In this document: piece after piece, positions 21,084 through 31,409 of the stretch
Position numbering within the stretch: the stretch's first letter is position 1
Layout of the letters: every line of letters starts with the position of its first letter
DNA from: a virus
Virus record (IMG/VR): IMGVR_UViG_3300035703_000060
Location: 10,524 to 74,523 of that record
Reading direction: 5' to 3' (one strand)
Length of the DNA: 64,000 nucleotides
Position numbers and translations under genes: made by a program
The notes under the pieces: generated by a model
Seen by the model: the letters and a program-made list of their open reading frames with translations, nothing else
What the model was told of the DNA's origin: nothing
The model's database searches: none

Positions 21084-23027
21084 ATGGGTTGGTCGGAAAA
21101 ATATAAAAAATCTATTGATTGCGACAATCCCAAAGGATTTTCACAAAGATCTCATTGTCAAGGTCGTAGAAAAAAATTGAAAGAGCAATTTAAATCATTT
21201 AAGACAGTTGAACAAATTGCAAAGAAGCATCGTCTTGATGTTTCTTTCATCCAAAGGCAACTTGATATGGGTGAACCAATTGAACATGAGCATACTAAAG
21301 ATCATAAATTGGCCATGGAAATTGCTCTTCAACATTTGGATGAAATTCCAGATTATTATACTCGTTTGAAAAAGATGGAAGCATCTGCAAAAAAAGAACA
21401 TAAAAAGTTCAAAGATGCTCCCGTTTCTGAAGGTACATTACATCATTGGTATCAAGGTTCTCGCTCAAAGGGGGGGAAACCAGGATGGGTTCAACCAGAT
21501 GGGTCACCCTGTGCCAATGAACCAGGTGAAACTAAAACTCCAAAATGTTTTAGTAGTGCAAGATTAAGATCTCTCAAGAAAAAAGGTAAAAAAGGAATTT
21601 CACTTATCAGATCCGCAGTTAGACGTAAGAGACAAAAAGATAAAGGACAACAAGCAAAATCTGGGGCGGCAGCACCAACTAATGTTCCAACATTTGCAAA
21701 GGGTAAAAAAGATCCTAACTATGTAAAGGCAGAACCAGGAATTAAAGAAGCAATGGAACTTAACGAAGCAAGAAAAGACAAACCTGGAAAAGGTAGTGGA
21801 ACTAAAGATGCTTGCTACCATAAAGTAAAGTCACGATATGATGTTTGGCCAAGTGCATATGCATCTGGAGCACTGGTTAAATGTCGTAGAGTTGGTGCTT
21901 CAAACTGGGGAAATAAATCAGAATCTTTAAACTATGATTGGGATACTCCCATTCGTGAAAGACCAGATAGATATTGCCCCAAATGCCAAAAACTAGAACT
22001 GAGGAGTGAGTGTAAATATGGTCCGAAATATTGGGATATGTTTTCATTACCTGCAGAATTAATTAGTTCAAAAAAAGATTTTAATACAACTATGCCACAC
22101 CCCGGAAATATGCCAGAGGGATACGATCACGAGTACTCAATGGCACGTTCTGAAATCTCTACAATTATTTCAGCAGCGAAAAGACTTCGTAAAAAAATGG
22201 CAAAAGGTGAGGGAAATGTTGAAGCATGGGTACAATCAAAAATTACCAAAGCAGCAGATTATTTAGATTCTGCCGCAGATTATGTTGATAGTGGTGAAAT
22301 GAAGGAGCAAGTTGCAGATACTAATGCAATGTCCGACAAAAAACCATTTGATGTCGCAGTGAAAAAAATCATGGACAGGAAGGATAAAATGACTCCTAAA
22401 CAGAGAATCATTGCTCTTAAACAAGCAGGAAAATTTCAAGGAGTTGATGAGCAAATGCTTCCACCAATCAATCCCGAAAAACATAAACAATTGCAAAAAA
22501 CACAAAAACTTTATAATAAAGGTGCGAGTACAGATAATCCACATGAAAAAGAAATTTTCTTAAAAAGAACTGGACCACAATTACCTTTAGCAAAAAGAGA
22601 AACTAAAACTCAAGTTGCACATTATGAACCAGAAGGTGAAGTAATTGATGAAAAGTGTTGGCCTGGATATAAAAAGAAAGGAATGAAAACAATGTTTGGA
22701 AAAAGATATCCAAACTGTGTTAAATCGGAAGAGTTCTCTAATTGGAGAGCGGATTTTGGATTATCAGAAGATTGGCAAAAAGTTAATCGCAAAGATAAGA
22801 CTGATGGATTGAGCCAAGCAGCAGTTGATGCTTATCGTCGTGAAAATCCAGGATCAAAACTTCAAACTGCGGTAACTGAAAAGAAACCAAAAGGAAAAAG
22901 AGCAAAGCGTCGTGCTAACTTCTGTCGGCGTATGAAAGGCATGAAGTCTAAACTGACTTCTGCAAAGACTGCAAGAGATCCAGATTCAAGAATTAATAAA
23001 GCACTCCGTCGTTGGAACTGTAACTAA
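21084..23027 (+). CDS. Modular, basic, polyprotein-like hypothetical protein (candidate internal head protein)
   Basis: About 10 unrelated Lys/Arg/Cys-rich segments, each ending in hydrophobic-x-Glu; late-like CTAAATA at 21052-21058. Confidence 0.7.
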   Translation: MGWSEKYKKSIDCDNPKGFSQRSHCQGRRKKLKEQFKSFKTVEQIAKKHRLDVSFIQRQLDMGEPIEHEHTKDHKLAMEIALQHLDEIPDYYTRLKKMEASAKKEHKKFKDAPVSEGTLHHWYQGSRSKGGKPGWVQPDGSPCANEPGETKTPKCFSSARLRSLKKKGKKGISLIRSAVRRKRQKDKGQQAKSGAAAPTNVPTFAKGKKDPNYVKAEPGIKEAMELNEARKDKPGKGSGTKDACYHKVKSRYDVWPSAYASGALVKCRRVGASNWGNKSESLNYDWDTPIRERPDRYCPKCQKLELRSECKYGPKYWDMFSLPAELISSKKDFNTTMPHPGNMPEGYDHEYSMARSEISTIISAAKRLRKKMAKGEGNVEAWVQSKITKAADYLDSAADYVDSGEMKEQVADTNAMSDKKPFDVAVKKIMDRKDKMTPKQRIIALKQAGKFQGVDEQMLPPINPEKHKQLQKTQKLYNKGASTDNPHEKEIFLKRTGPQLPLAKRETKTQVAHYEPEGEVIDEKCWPGYKKKGMKTMFGKRYPNCVKSEEFSNWRADFGLSEDWQKVNRKDKTDGLSQAAVDAYRRENPGSKLQTAVTEKKPKGKRAKRRANFCRRMKGMKSKLTSAKTARDPDSRINKALRRWNCN

Positions 23028-23028
23028 G

Positions 23029-23343
23029 ATGAAATCTTTTCAACAATTTCTATCAGAAAGTATCAATATTGCTGGAGATTTTAATGGAAATCTCTATATG
23101 AATTCTGGATCTCAACCAGAACAAGCAACAGAATCTTTCCTTGCTGATGTAGTTTGGCAAGGTAAATTATATCGTATGGAAGTAGAGGGTTCTATGATAG
23201 ATAAGAATTCTCTTACGGAACAACTTCAAGGAGAATATCCTGGAGCAATTGTTCATAATGTTTATCCAGTACAATCTCAAAGTTCTTTAAGAATTAAAAA
23301 TACACAAAGATATCAACCAGAAAGACTCACTTGGACTGATTAA
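23029..23343 (+). CDS. Hypothetical protein with a T4-type capsid targeting sequence
   Basis: N-terminus MKSFQQFLSE, compared with the T4 internal-protein leader MKTYQEFIAE. Confidence 0.7.
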   Translation: MKSFQQFLSESINIAGDFNGNLYMNSGSQPEQATESFLADVVWQGKLYRMEVEGSMIDKNSLTEQLQGEYPGAIVHNVYPVQSQSSLRIKNTQRYQPERLTWTD

Positions 23344-23345
23344 TT

Positions 23346-24932
23346 ATGGCACAATGGAACAAGTCTACACAAGATTATCTAAATCAAGAAAGAACACTTC
23401 ACGAAGTTTATCTTCGTGCTGATGAGTATGGAAATATTCTAAATGAAAGTGCTTGTGCAAAATCTGCTTTTGGTGAGAATATTGCTATTCAATTAACACC
23501 AAAAGTTCAGGGTGATGCTGTCTATGGACTAGATCCGAGAGAGTTTGAGAGATTTACTTTTAGTTCTAGTGGAATTGCTACAAATGGTAATTCTAGATTT
23601 AGAGTTGGTGCTGGAACAGATGCTAATTCTTATGGTGTTATTAGAAGTACAAACTTTTTAAGATATCGTCCTGGACAAGGCGCGGTATGTAGATTTACTG
23701 CGGCATATTCTTCCAACCCAGTAGGATTTACTCAAAGAGCAGGTTTATTCAATCAAGAACAAGCAATTCAAATTGGATATGCCTCCACCAATGGAAAGTT
23801 TGGTGTTCTTCGTGCGAATGGTGGTAAAGCACATATTCAAATTTTTACTTTCAGTGCGTTAGCAGACGGAAATGTAACAGTTACTCTTAATGGAACTGTT
23901 TTTACTGCGGTAACTTTAAATGCAGGGTCTGTTGCCGGAAATATTGCTCTGCTTGTACAAGGATTAGTAAGTCAATCAGCATTTACTGCTCGTTATGTGG
24001 CTGAATATGATGAAACCAGAATAAAGTTTTTAGCAACATCTCTTGGTCCACAAAATGGGACATTTAATGCAACTAGCACCACAACAATAACGTTTACAAA
24101 CACAACAAGTCAAAGTGGCGTAGCACAAACAGAGTATTGGACATTCCAAGAAGATTTTAATTTAGATAAACTTGATGGCACTGGATACTCTGGTGTTACT
24201 TTGAATCCATCAAAACTAAATGTATATCAAATTAACTTCCGTTGGTTGGGTGCCGGTGAAATTCGTTATGCAATTGAAAATCCTCATAATGGAGATATGA
24301 TGTTCTTCCATCACGAACATTATACAAATAAATATGAGTTTCCACATCTAGATAATCCATCATTGAAGATTGGATACGTAGCAGCAAACTTGGGATCTCC
24401 TACAAGTGGTGTTGTAACTTGTACTGGTTCTTCATTCCTTGGAGCTGTTGAAGGAATTGTTGAAAGGACAAGACTTCCTTATTCTATAACTGCGACCAGA
24501 ACTGACTCAATGAATACTCCTGGTTCTTTATATCATCTTGTTTCTCTCAAAAATAAACTTGTTTATCAGAATAAAATCAATACAAGAGATCTTATTGTTT
24601 CAAGACTTACTGGATCAGTAAATACTACCGGTAGTCCCGCAGTCATTTACTTATATTGGAATCCAACAATTACAAACTATCTAAGATGGACAACTCAGAG
24701 TGATTTTAACGCATCTCTTTATGCAACCCAAGATAGTACAGGATTGTTTATATTAGGAGCACAATCAATACCACCTATTGCCGCTTTTCATGTTTCTAAT
24801 GGAGACACTATTGATGTTAATTTAATTGATATGGGCATTCATATTCCACCAAATAGTTTCTTAACCGCAGTAATTTCATCCACAAGCAATATGACTGCTG
24901 CCAATGCTTCGTTCGTTTATGTTGAAGATTAA
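23346..24932 (+). CDS. Putative virion structural protein, beta-rich
   Basis: 528 aa, Thr/Ser/Gly-rich, 'RYRPGQG', 'YQINFRWLGAG'; lies in the late operon between gp16 and gp17. Confidence 0.55.
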   Translation: MAQWNKSTQDYLNQERTLHEVYLRADEYGNILNESACAKSAFGENIAIQLTPKVQGDAVYGLDPREFERFTFSSSGIATNGNSRFRVGAGTDANSYGVIRSTNFLRYRPGQGAVCRFTAAYSSNPVGFTQRAGLFNQEQAIQIGYASTNGKFGVLRANGGKAHIQIFTFSALADGNVTVTLNGTVFTAVTLNAGSVAGNIALLVQGLVSQSAFTARYVAEYDETRIKFLATSLGPQNGTFNATSTTTITFTNTTSQSGVAQTEYWTFQEDFNLDKLDGTGYSGVTLNPSKLNVYQINFRWLGAGEIRYAIENPHNGDMMFFHHEHYTNKYEFPHLDNPSLKIGYVAANLGSPTSGVVTCTGSSFLGAVEGIVERTRLPYSITATRTDSMNTPGSLYHLVSLKNKLVYQNKINTRDLIVSRLTGSVNTTGSPAVIYLYWNPTITNYLRWTTQSDFNASLYATQDSTGLFILGAQSIPPIAAFHVSNGDTIDVNLIDMGIHIPPNSFLTAVISSTSNMTAANASFVYVED

Positions 24933-24934
24933 TT

Positions 24935-26656
24935 ATGAGCATTCAAGACATTCAACTAAAGCAAAGTGATGCTTATCTTTCTAACCCAAATTTAAAGAGA
25001 GCAAATACACAGATACAGTGGACTAAAGAGCAAATACTTGAGTTTTATGCTTGTAAAGAAGATCCAGTTTACTTTGCAAAAAATTATATTAAAATTGTTT
25101 CTTTGGATCATGGACTTGTTCCATTTGAAATGTATCCTTTCCAGGAAAGACTTGTAAATAATTTCCATAAGAACAGATTTAATATCTGCAAGATGCCCAG
25201 ACAAACTGGGAAAAGTACTACTGTAGTATCGTATCTTTTACATTATGCAGTATTTAATGATAATGTAAACATTGCAATTCTGGCAAACAAAGCCTCAACG
25301 GCAAGAGATCTTCTTCAAAGATTGCAACTTGCTTATGAAAATTTGCCAAAGTGGATGCAACAAGGTATTCTGTCATGGAACAGAGGATCATTAGAATTAG
25401 AAAATGGATCTAAAATTATCGCCGCATCTACTTCTGCATCTGCTGTTCGTGGCGGATCGTACAATATCATCTTTTTGGACGAGTTCGCGTTCATCCCGAA
25501 TCACATTGCTGATGACTTCTTTGCCTCTGTTTATCCTACTATCTCGTCAGGTCAAAGTACAAAAGTCATTATAGTTTCCACCCCTCGCGGTATGAATCAT
25601 TTCTACCGCATGTGGCATGATTCTGAGAAAGGTAAGAATGAATATCTTCCTACTGATGTTCACTGGTCTGAAGTTCCTGGAAGAGATGAAAAATGGAAAG
25701 AGCAGACGATTGCAAACACTTCAGAACAACAGTTCAAAACAGAGTTTGAGTGTGAGTTTTTAGGATCGGTCAATACCCTAATTAACCCATCAAAACTAAG
25801 GAATCTTGTATACGAAGACCCTATAAAAAGAAACGCAGGTCTTGATGTTTATGAACATTCAAAAAAAGACAATAATTATTTAATAACAGTAGACGTTGCT
25901 CGTGGAATAGGGAATGACTATTCTGCATTCGTTGTTTTTGATATCACTAATTTTCCATATAAAACGGTAGCAAAATACAGAAATAACGAAATTAAACCAA
26001 TGTTATTTCCAAGCATTATTAATGAAGTAGCAAAGGGGTATAACAATGCTTGGATTTTAATCGAAGTTAATGATATTGGAGATCAAGTATCAAATATTCT
26101 TCATTTTGATCTTGAATATGATAATATTTTAATGTGCTCTATGAGAGGTCGTGCAGGACAAATAGTTGGTTCTGGTTTTAGTGGAAAGAAATCTCAACTT
26201 GGTGTCCGCATGACAGCATCTGTTAAAAAGTTGGGTTGTTCTAACTTAAAGACTTTATTAGAAGATGATAAATTACTAATCAATGATTATGAAATGATTA
26301 GTGAACTTACAACATTTACTCAACGTCATAACTCCTTTGAGGCAGAAGAAGGATGCAATGATGATTTGGCAATGTGTTTAGTCATATTCTCATGGTTAGT
26401 TGCTCAAGATTATTTTAAAGAGATGACGGACAATGATGTTCGTAAAAGGATATATGAAGAACAAAAAAATCAAATAGAACAAGATATGTCACCATTTGGA
26501 TTTATTTCGGATGGTTTAGAAGAATTTGAACCTATTGTTGACAAGGAAAATAATGATAGGTGGATATGGGTAGGGTCCGATAAAAGTAATCAAGCAATGG
26601 AAGTATGGAATATCGACGAATATGGTGACAGATCTTACATGTGGGATTATAGGTAG
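24935..26656 (+). CDS. gp17: Terminase large subunit gp17
   Basis: Walker A 'PRQTGKST', Walker B 'IIFLDEFAF', nuclease motifs 'VDVARG..NDYS' and 'NDDLAMCL'. Confidence 0.97.
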   Translation: MSIQDIQLKQSDAYLSNPNLKRANTQIQWTKEQILEFYACKEDPVYFAKNYIKIVSLDHGLVPFEMYPFQERLVNNFHKNRFNICKMPRQTGKSTTVVSYLLHYAVFNDNVNIAILANKASTARDLLQRLQLAYENLPKWMQQGILSWNRGSLELENGSKIIAASTSASAVRGGSYNIIFLDEFAFIPNHIADDFFASVYPTISSGQSTKVIIVSTPRGMNHFYRMWHDSEKGKNEYLPTDVHWSEVPGRDEKWKEQTIANTSEQQFKTEFECEFLGSVNTLINPSKLRNLVYEDPIKRNAGLDVYEHSKKDNNYLITVDVARGIGNDYSAFVVFDITNFPYKTVAKYRNNEIKPMLFPSIINEVAKGYNNAWILIEVNDIGDQVSNILHFDLEYDNILMCSMRGRAGQIVGSGFSGKKSQLGVRMTASVKKLGCSNLKTLLEDDKLLINDYEMISELTTFTQRHNSFEAEEGCNDDLAMCLVIFSWLVAQDYFKEMTDNDVRKRIYEEQKNQIEQDMSPFGFISDGLEEFEPIVDKENNDRWIWVGSDKSNQAMEVWNIDEYGDRSYMWDYR

Positions 26657-26675
26657 TTCTTAAAGGGGAGGAAAT

Positions 26676-26683
26676 TATAAATA
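26676..26683 (+). promoter_or_regulatory. Late promoter TATAAATA (gp18)
   Basis: Exact consensus in the gp17-gp18 intergenic region. Confidence 0.85.
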
Positions 26684-26718
26684 TTTTTAGATAATTCTGG
26701 ACATGTCGGAGAGAAAAG

Positions 26719-28869
26719 ATGCCACTAAATTTAGCATCTCCTGGAATTTTAATAAGAGAGGTTGATTTAACTGTTGGAAGAATAGATCCAGTATCAGCTT
26801 CTGTGGGTGCAATTTCTGCACCATTTGCAAAGGGGCCTGTAGATGAACCAACTTTAGTTGAATCTGAAAATGATTTATTGAATACTTTTGGAAAACCATA
26901 TTCAGTAGATAAGCATTATGAGCACTGGATGGTTGCATCATCCTATCTAGCATATGGTGGAACTTTGCAAGTCGTCAGAACAGATAGTTCTGACTTAAGA
27001 AATGCAGGATATGGGTCAACAATAAAAGTAAAAAGTTTACAACACTATACTGAACTTGGATATTTAGATAATCCAATTTCAGGCGTAACTGTCCTTGCAC
27101 AAAATCCCGGTTCTTGGGCAAATGGGATTAAGGTTTCAATTATTGATGCTCAGGCAGATCAAATTTTAACTGGATTTACAACAACTGGAGTTTTAGTTGG
27201 GTATGGTGTAACACAAGCAATTGCAAGTACTTTACCTGGTGCTGGAACAACTTCAGTCTTAGATGGCTACCTGAAAGGGGTTATTACTGGAGTTGGTGCT
27301 GGTCGTATCAATGTTAAAGTCATTAGTCATGTATCTGCTGCTGGAACTGAAACTAAAGTCGATTATCAACCTTTAGGTGTATATAATTTTGCGGACAACG
27401 GTACAGTTGGAGTTCATACAACTGCAGTTGGAACAGCATTTACATCTAGATCATATTCTGTTGAATTAGATTGGTTTGATCAGCAAAAAATTACTCTTGC
27501 ATCAGGAACACAAATTTCTTGGAACTCTCTTACACCAAGACCAAGCACTTCCGAATTTGCTGCAGAAAGAAATTCCAGATTTGATGAATTACACATTGTA
27601 GTTATTGATGATGAAGGTAAAATTACTGGTAACTCTGGAACAATTTTAGAAAAGCATGTTGGTCTTTCGAAAGCAAAAGATGCACTTTATTCTTCTGGAA
27701 GTCCTTCTTATTGGAGAAAGTATTTAACAACCGGTTCGCAATATATTTTTGCGGGTTCTGCTCCTACTGGTATTGTAACTACTGGATTCAGTGAAGGTTT
27801 TGAACTTTCATCCGATACTGGTTGGGATCAAGAAGCACAAGATATTATTTTTGCTGGTGCAGCTGCTTTAGATTTACCATTAAGTGGTGGAAAGAATTAT
27901 GATGGAAACACCACTATAGATGTTGCAGGATCTCTTTCAGCAACACTTGGCGAAATAATTAGTGGTTACGATGCATTTATCAATGAAGAGGAAACTGATA
28001 TTGATTTCCTTCTCATGGGTTCCGCTGGTTATAATAAATCAGATACTCAAGCATTAGCAAATAAACTAATTGCTGTTGCAGAATCCAGAAAAGATGCAAT
28101 CGCATTTATTTCTCCCTACAGAGGTGCAGCAATTACTGACACCTCATCACAAACTGCAGAAACAATTAGAAACATTGATACTATCACTGAAAATGTTGTA
28201 AGTTTCTATGCACCTATCACATCATCAACTTATGCCGTTTTTGACAGTGGTTATAAGTATATGTACGATAGATTTAACAATACTTTCAGATATGTTCCTC
28301 TAAATGGAGACATTGCTGGAACATGTGCAAGAAATGATATTAACAACTTCCCATGGTATTCTCCAGCAGGAACCACTAGAGGTGCAATTTTAAATGCTGT
28401 CAAACTTGCATATAATCCAGGAAGAATTCAAAGAGATCGTCTTTATACAAATAGAATTAATCCAGTAATTTTATCTCCTGGAGATGGCATAATTCTTTTT
28501 GGTGATAAAACTGGATATGGTAAGGCATCTGCTTTTGATAGGATTAATGTTCGTAGATTATTTGTTTACCTTGAGAATGCAATTTCTGCTGCAGCAAAAG
28601 ATCAACTCTTCGAATTTAATGATGAACTAACTAGAACGAACTTTGTTAACATTGTTGAACCATTCTTGAGAGATGTACAATCTAAGAGAGGTATATATGA
28701 TTATGTTGTAGTCTGCGATGAAACAAACAATACTCCTGCAATTATTGATGCTAACGAGTTTGTTGCAGACATTTACATTAAACCAGCGAAATCGATCAAT
28801 TTCATTGGTCTGACCTTCATTGCCACCAGAACTGGTGTTGCTTTTGAAGAAGTAATCGGCAATTTCTAA
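26719..28869 (+). CDS. gp18: Tail sheath protein gp18
   Basis: 'SPGILIREVDLT', 'PWYSPAG', 'SAFDRINVRRLF', 'YIKPAKSINFI'. Confidence 0.97.
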   Translation: MPLNLASPGILIREVDLTVGRIDPVSASVGAISAPFAKGPVDEPTLVESENDLLNTFGKPYSVDKHYEHWMVASSYLAYGGTLQVVRTDSSDLRNAGYGSTIKVKSLQHYTELGYLDNPISGVTVLAQNPGSWANGIKVSIIDAQADQILTGFTTTGVLVGYGVTQAIASTLPGAGTTSVLDGYLKGVITGVGAGRINVKVISHVSAAGTETKVDYQPLGVYNFADNGTVGVHTTAVGTAFTSRSYSVELDWFDQQKITLASGTQISWNSLTPRPSTSEFAAERNSRFDELHIVVIDDEGKITGNSGTILEKHVGLSKAKDALYSSGSPSYWRKYLTTGSQYIFAGSAPTGIVTTGFSEGFELSSDTGWDQEAQDIIFAGAAALDLPLSGGKNYDGNTTIDVAGSLSATLGEIISGYDAFINEEETDIDFLLMGSAGYNKSDTQALANKLIAVAESRKDAIAFISPYRGAAITDTSSQTAETIRNIDTITENVVSFYAPITSSTYAVFDSGYKYMYDRFNNTFRYVPLNGDIAGTCARNDINNFPWYSPAGTTRGAILNAVKLAYNPGRIQRDRLYTNRINPVILSPGDGIILFGDKTGYGKASAFDRINVRRLFVYLENAISAAAKDQLFEFNDELTRTNFVNIVEPFLRDVQSKRGIYDYVVVCDETNNTPAIIDANEFVADIYIKPAKSINFIGLTFIATRTGVAFEEVIGNF

Positions 28870-28886
28870 TTTAGAGGTTAAATCAA

Positions 28887-29477
28887 ATGGCAACTAGAAC
28901 ACAGTTTAATCCACCTCCTCTTAGAAAAATTACTGACTTCAAAAGTCAGTTAACTGGAGGTGGTGCAAGAAGTAACCTTTTTGAAGTGGTTATTTCATTC
29001 CCAGACATTGCAAAAGTTAGTAATGCAATTTTGGAAAAATCCAGATTCATGATTAAAGCTGCTAACTTACCAGCTTCTCAAGTCGCAATGATCGATGTAC
29101 CTTTTAGAGGTCGTACTTTAAAAGTTGCTGGCGACAGATCTTTTGAAAGTTGGACTATTACAGTAGTTAACGATACTGACTTTGGTATCCGTTCAGCATT
29201 TGAAAATTGGGTTAATAAAATTAACAGAGTTTCTGATGGTACTGGTTCAACTGATCCTGCATCTTACACAGCAGATGCCTTCATTTATCAATTAGATCGT
29301 GATGGAAAAACTTTAAGAGCATATCATTTCTATGATTTGTTCCCAACATCAGTTGCTGCGATTCCTGTTTCCGCAGACAATTCAAATATTCAGGAATTTA
29401 CAGTAGAACTTCAAGTTCTTTACTGGGAAGCACTTAAGGGCAATTCTCCAATTTCTGGTGGTACTGACATCAACTGA
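28887..29477 (+). CDS. gp19: Tail tube protein gp19
   Basis: 'GGGARSNLFEV', 'VPFRGRTLKVAGDRSFESWTITVVND'. Confidence 0.96.
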   Translation: MATRTQFNPPPLRKITDFKSQLTGGGARSNLFEVVISFPDIAKVSNAILEKSRFMIKAANLPASQVAMIDVPFRGRTLKVAGDRSFESWTITVVNDTDFGIRSAFENWVNKINRVSDGTGSTDPASYTADAFIYQLDRDGKTLRAYHFYDLFPTSVAAIPVSADNSNIQEFTVELQVLYWEALKGNSPISGGTDIN

Positions 29478-29483
29478 TAAATA
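29476..29483 (+). promoter_or_regulatory. Late promoter variant GATAAATA (gp20)
   Basis: 7/8 match to consensus, overlapping the gp19 stop. Confidence 0.65.
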
Positions 29484-29512
29484 ATACATAATAAGCAGTT
29501 AAAGTTTATAAG

Positions 29513-31180
29513 ATGGCGAAACTTTTTGGTTTTTCAATTGAGGATAATGAAAAAAAATCCAAATCTATAATTTCCCCCGTTCCTCCTAACAATGAGGACG
29601 GGGTTGATCATTTTATCCAATCTGGATTTTATGGACAATATGTAGATATTGAAGGTGTCTATAGAACAGAATATGATTTGATTCGCCGCTATCGTGAAAT
29701 GGCATTACATCCAGAATGTGATGGTGCTATTGAAGACGTGGTTAATGAAGCTCTTGTTAGTGATTTGTATGATTCTCCAGTAGAAATTGAGTTAACTAAT
29801 TTAAATGCAAGTGATAAATTAAAAGAAATTATTAGAAATGAATTTAAATATATTAAAGAAATTATGGACTTCGATAAGAAGTGTCATGAAATTTTTAGAA
29901 ACTGGTATATTGATGGAAGAATTTATTATTTAAAAGTTATAGATCTTAAGAAACCTGAAGATGGTATTCAGGAGTTGAGATATATAGATCCAATGAAAAT
30001 AAAGCATATACGTCAAGAGAAGAAAGATAAAAATGATGGATATGTTACCATAAACAAAGGAATAGAAGATAATAAATTTCCAGAAATTGAAGAATACTTC
30101 ATATATACACCAACTCCAAATTTCCCAGCAGGAACGATTAGTGGTGGTTCAAAAAAAGGTGTAAAAATCACAAAAGATGCTGTTGCATATTGCAATTCAG
30201 GATTAGTAGATAGAAATAAAGGAACCGTACTTTCTTATTTACATAAAGCAATTAAAGCACTCAATCAATTAAGAATGATTGAGGATTCTCTAGTAATTTA
30301 CAGATTATCAAGAGCACCTGAAAGAAGAATTTTTTACATTGATGTTGGTAATCTTCCCAAAGTGAAAGCGGAACAGTATCTCAAGGAGGTAATGAGTCGT
30401 TATCGTAACAAACTTGTTTACGACGCAAATACTGGTGAGGTTCGTGATGATCGTAAGTTTGTGAGCATGATGGAAGATTTTTGGCTTCCAAGAAGAGAAG
30501 GTGGTAGAGGCACTGAAATTACAACTCTTCCTGGTGGTCAAAATCTTGGAGAACTTGCAGACATTGAATATTTCCAGAAAAAACTTTATAGAGCACTTGG
30601 TGTTCCTGAATCTAGAATTGCAGGTGGTGGTGATGGATTTAATTTAGGTCGTTCATCCGAAATCTTAAGAGATGAACTTAAGTTTTCTAAATTTGTAGGT
30701 CGTTTAAGAAAAAGATTTGCAAATGTATTTAATGATATTTTACGTACACAACTGTTATTAAAAAATGTTGTTACACCAGAAGATTGGGATAAAATGTCCG
30801 ATCACATTCAATATGATTTCTTATATGACAATCATTTTGCAGAATTAAAAGAAGCAGAACTATTGACAAATAGACTTACTCTTGCAACAACTGTAGAACC
30901 TTATGTAGGGAAATACTATTCAACTGAATATGTTCGTAAGAAAATTCTTAGGCAAACTGATTCTGAAATTATTGATATTGATTTACAAATTCAAGATGAA
31001 ATTCAAAAAGGTATTCTTCCAGATCCTAATGCTCCGGTAGATGAAATGGGAAATCCTCTTCCTGGAGGAGGTGGTGACATTCCCCAAGAAGAAGTTCCTG
31101 TAGATCAACAAGTTCCTCCTACTGAAGAACAAGTTCCACTCGAACCAGAAATTGTAAAACCAAAAGGCGGCAAAATATAA
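29513..31180 (+). CDS. gp20: Portal vertex protein gp20
   Basis: 'YRLSRAPERRIFYIDVGNLPK', 'EDFWLPRREGGRGTEITTLPGGQNLGE'. Confidence 0.98.
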   Translation: MAKLFGFSIEDNEKKSKSIISPVPPNNEDGVDHFIQSGFYGQYVDIEGVYRTEYDLIRRYREMALHPECDGAIEDVVNEALVSDLYDSPVEIELTNLNASDKLKEIIRNEFKYIKEIMDFDKKCHEIFRNWYIDGRIYYLKVIDLKKPEDGIQELRYIDPMKIKHIRQEKKDKNDGYVTINKGIEDNKFPEIEEYFIYTPTPNFPAGTISGGSKKGVKITKDAVAYCNSGLVDRNKGTVLSYLHKAIKALNQLRMIEDSLVIYRLSRAPERRIFYIDVGNLPKVKAEQYLKEVMSRYRNKLVYDANTGEVRDDRKFVSMMEDFWLPRREGGRGTEITTLPGGQNLGELADIEYFQKKLYRALGVPESRIAGGGDGFNLGRSSEILRDELKFSKFVGRLRKRFANVFNDILRTQLLLKNVVTPEDWDKMSDHIQYDFLYDNHFAELKEAELLTNRLTLATTVEPYVGKYYSTEYVRKKILRQTDSEIIDIDLQIQDEIQKGILPDPNAPVDEMGNPLPGGGGDIPQEEVPVDQQVPPTEEQVPLEPEIVKPKGGKI

Positions 31181-31183
31181 ATA
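31176..31183 (+). promoter_or_regulatory. Late promoter TATAAATA
   Basis: Exact consensus overlapping the gp20 stop. Confidence 0.8.
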
Positions 31184-31207
31184 ATCTTATAATAATACAA
31201 TAAATTT

Positions 31208-31384
31208 ATGGATAACATTATAGACTTGATTGCTACTGATTCTTCTCCTGCAGAAATTGCAGATGGTATAAAAGCAGCACTTTTTGCAAAGTCTGCAGAA
31301 AAACTTAATGATATTCGTCCTTATGTGGCTTCATCATTATTTGGTGCAGAAGAATCTGAAAATTCTTTTGAAGATGAAGAATGA
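31208..31384 (+). CDS. 58-aa acidic prohead core-like protein (gp67-like position; not in ORF track)
   Basis: MDNIIDLIATDSSPAEIADGIKAALFAKSAEKLNDIRPYVASSLFGAEESENSFEDEE; helical with an acidic tail, between gp20 and gp21. Confidence 0.7.
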   Translation: MDNIIDLIATDSSPAEIADGIKAALFAKSAEKLNDIRPYVASSLFGAEESENSFEDEE

Positions 31385-31409
31385 TATTTAAATCATAAAG
31401 GAAAAAATA

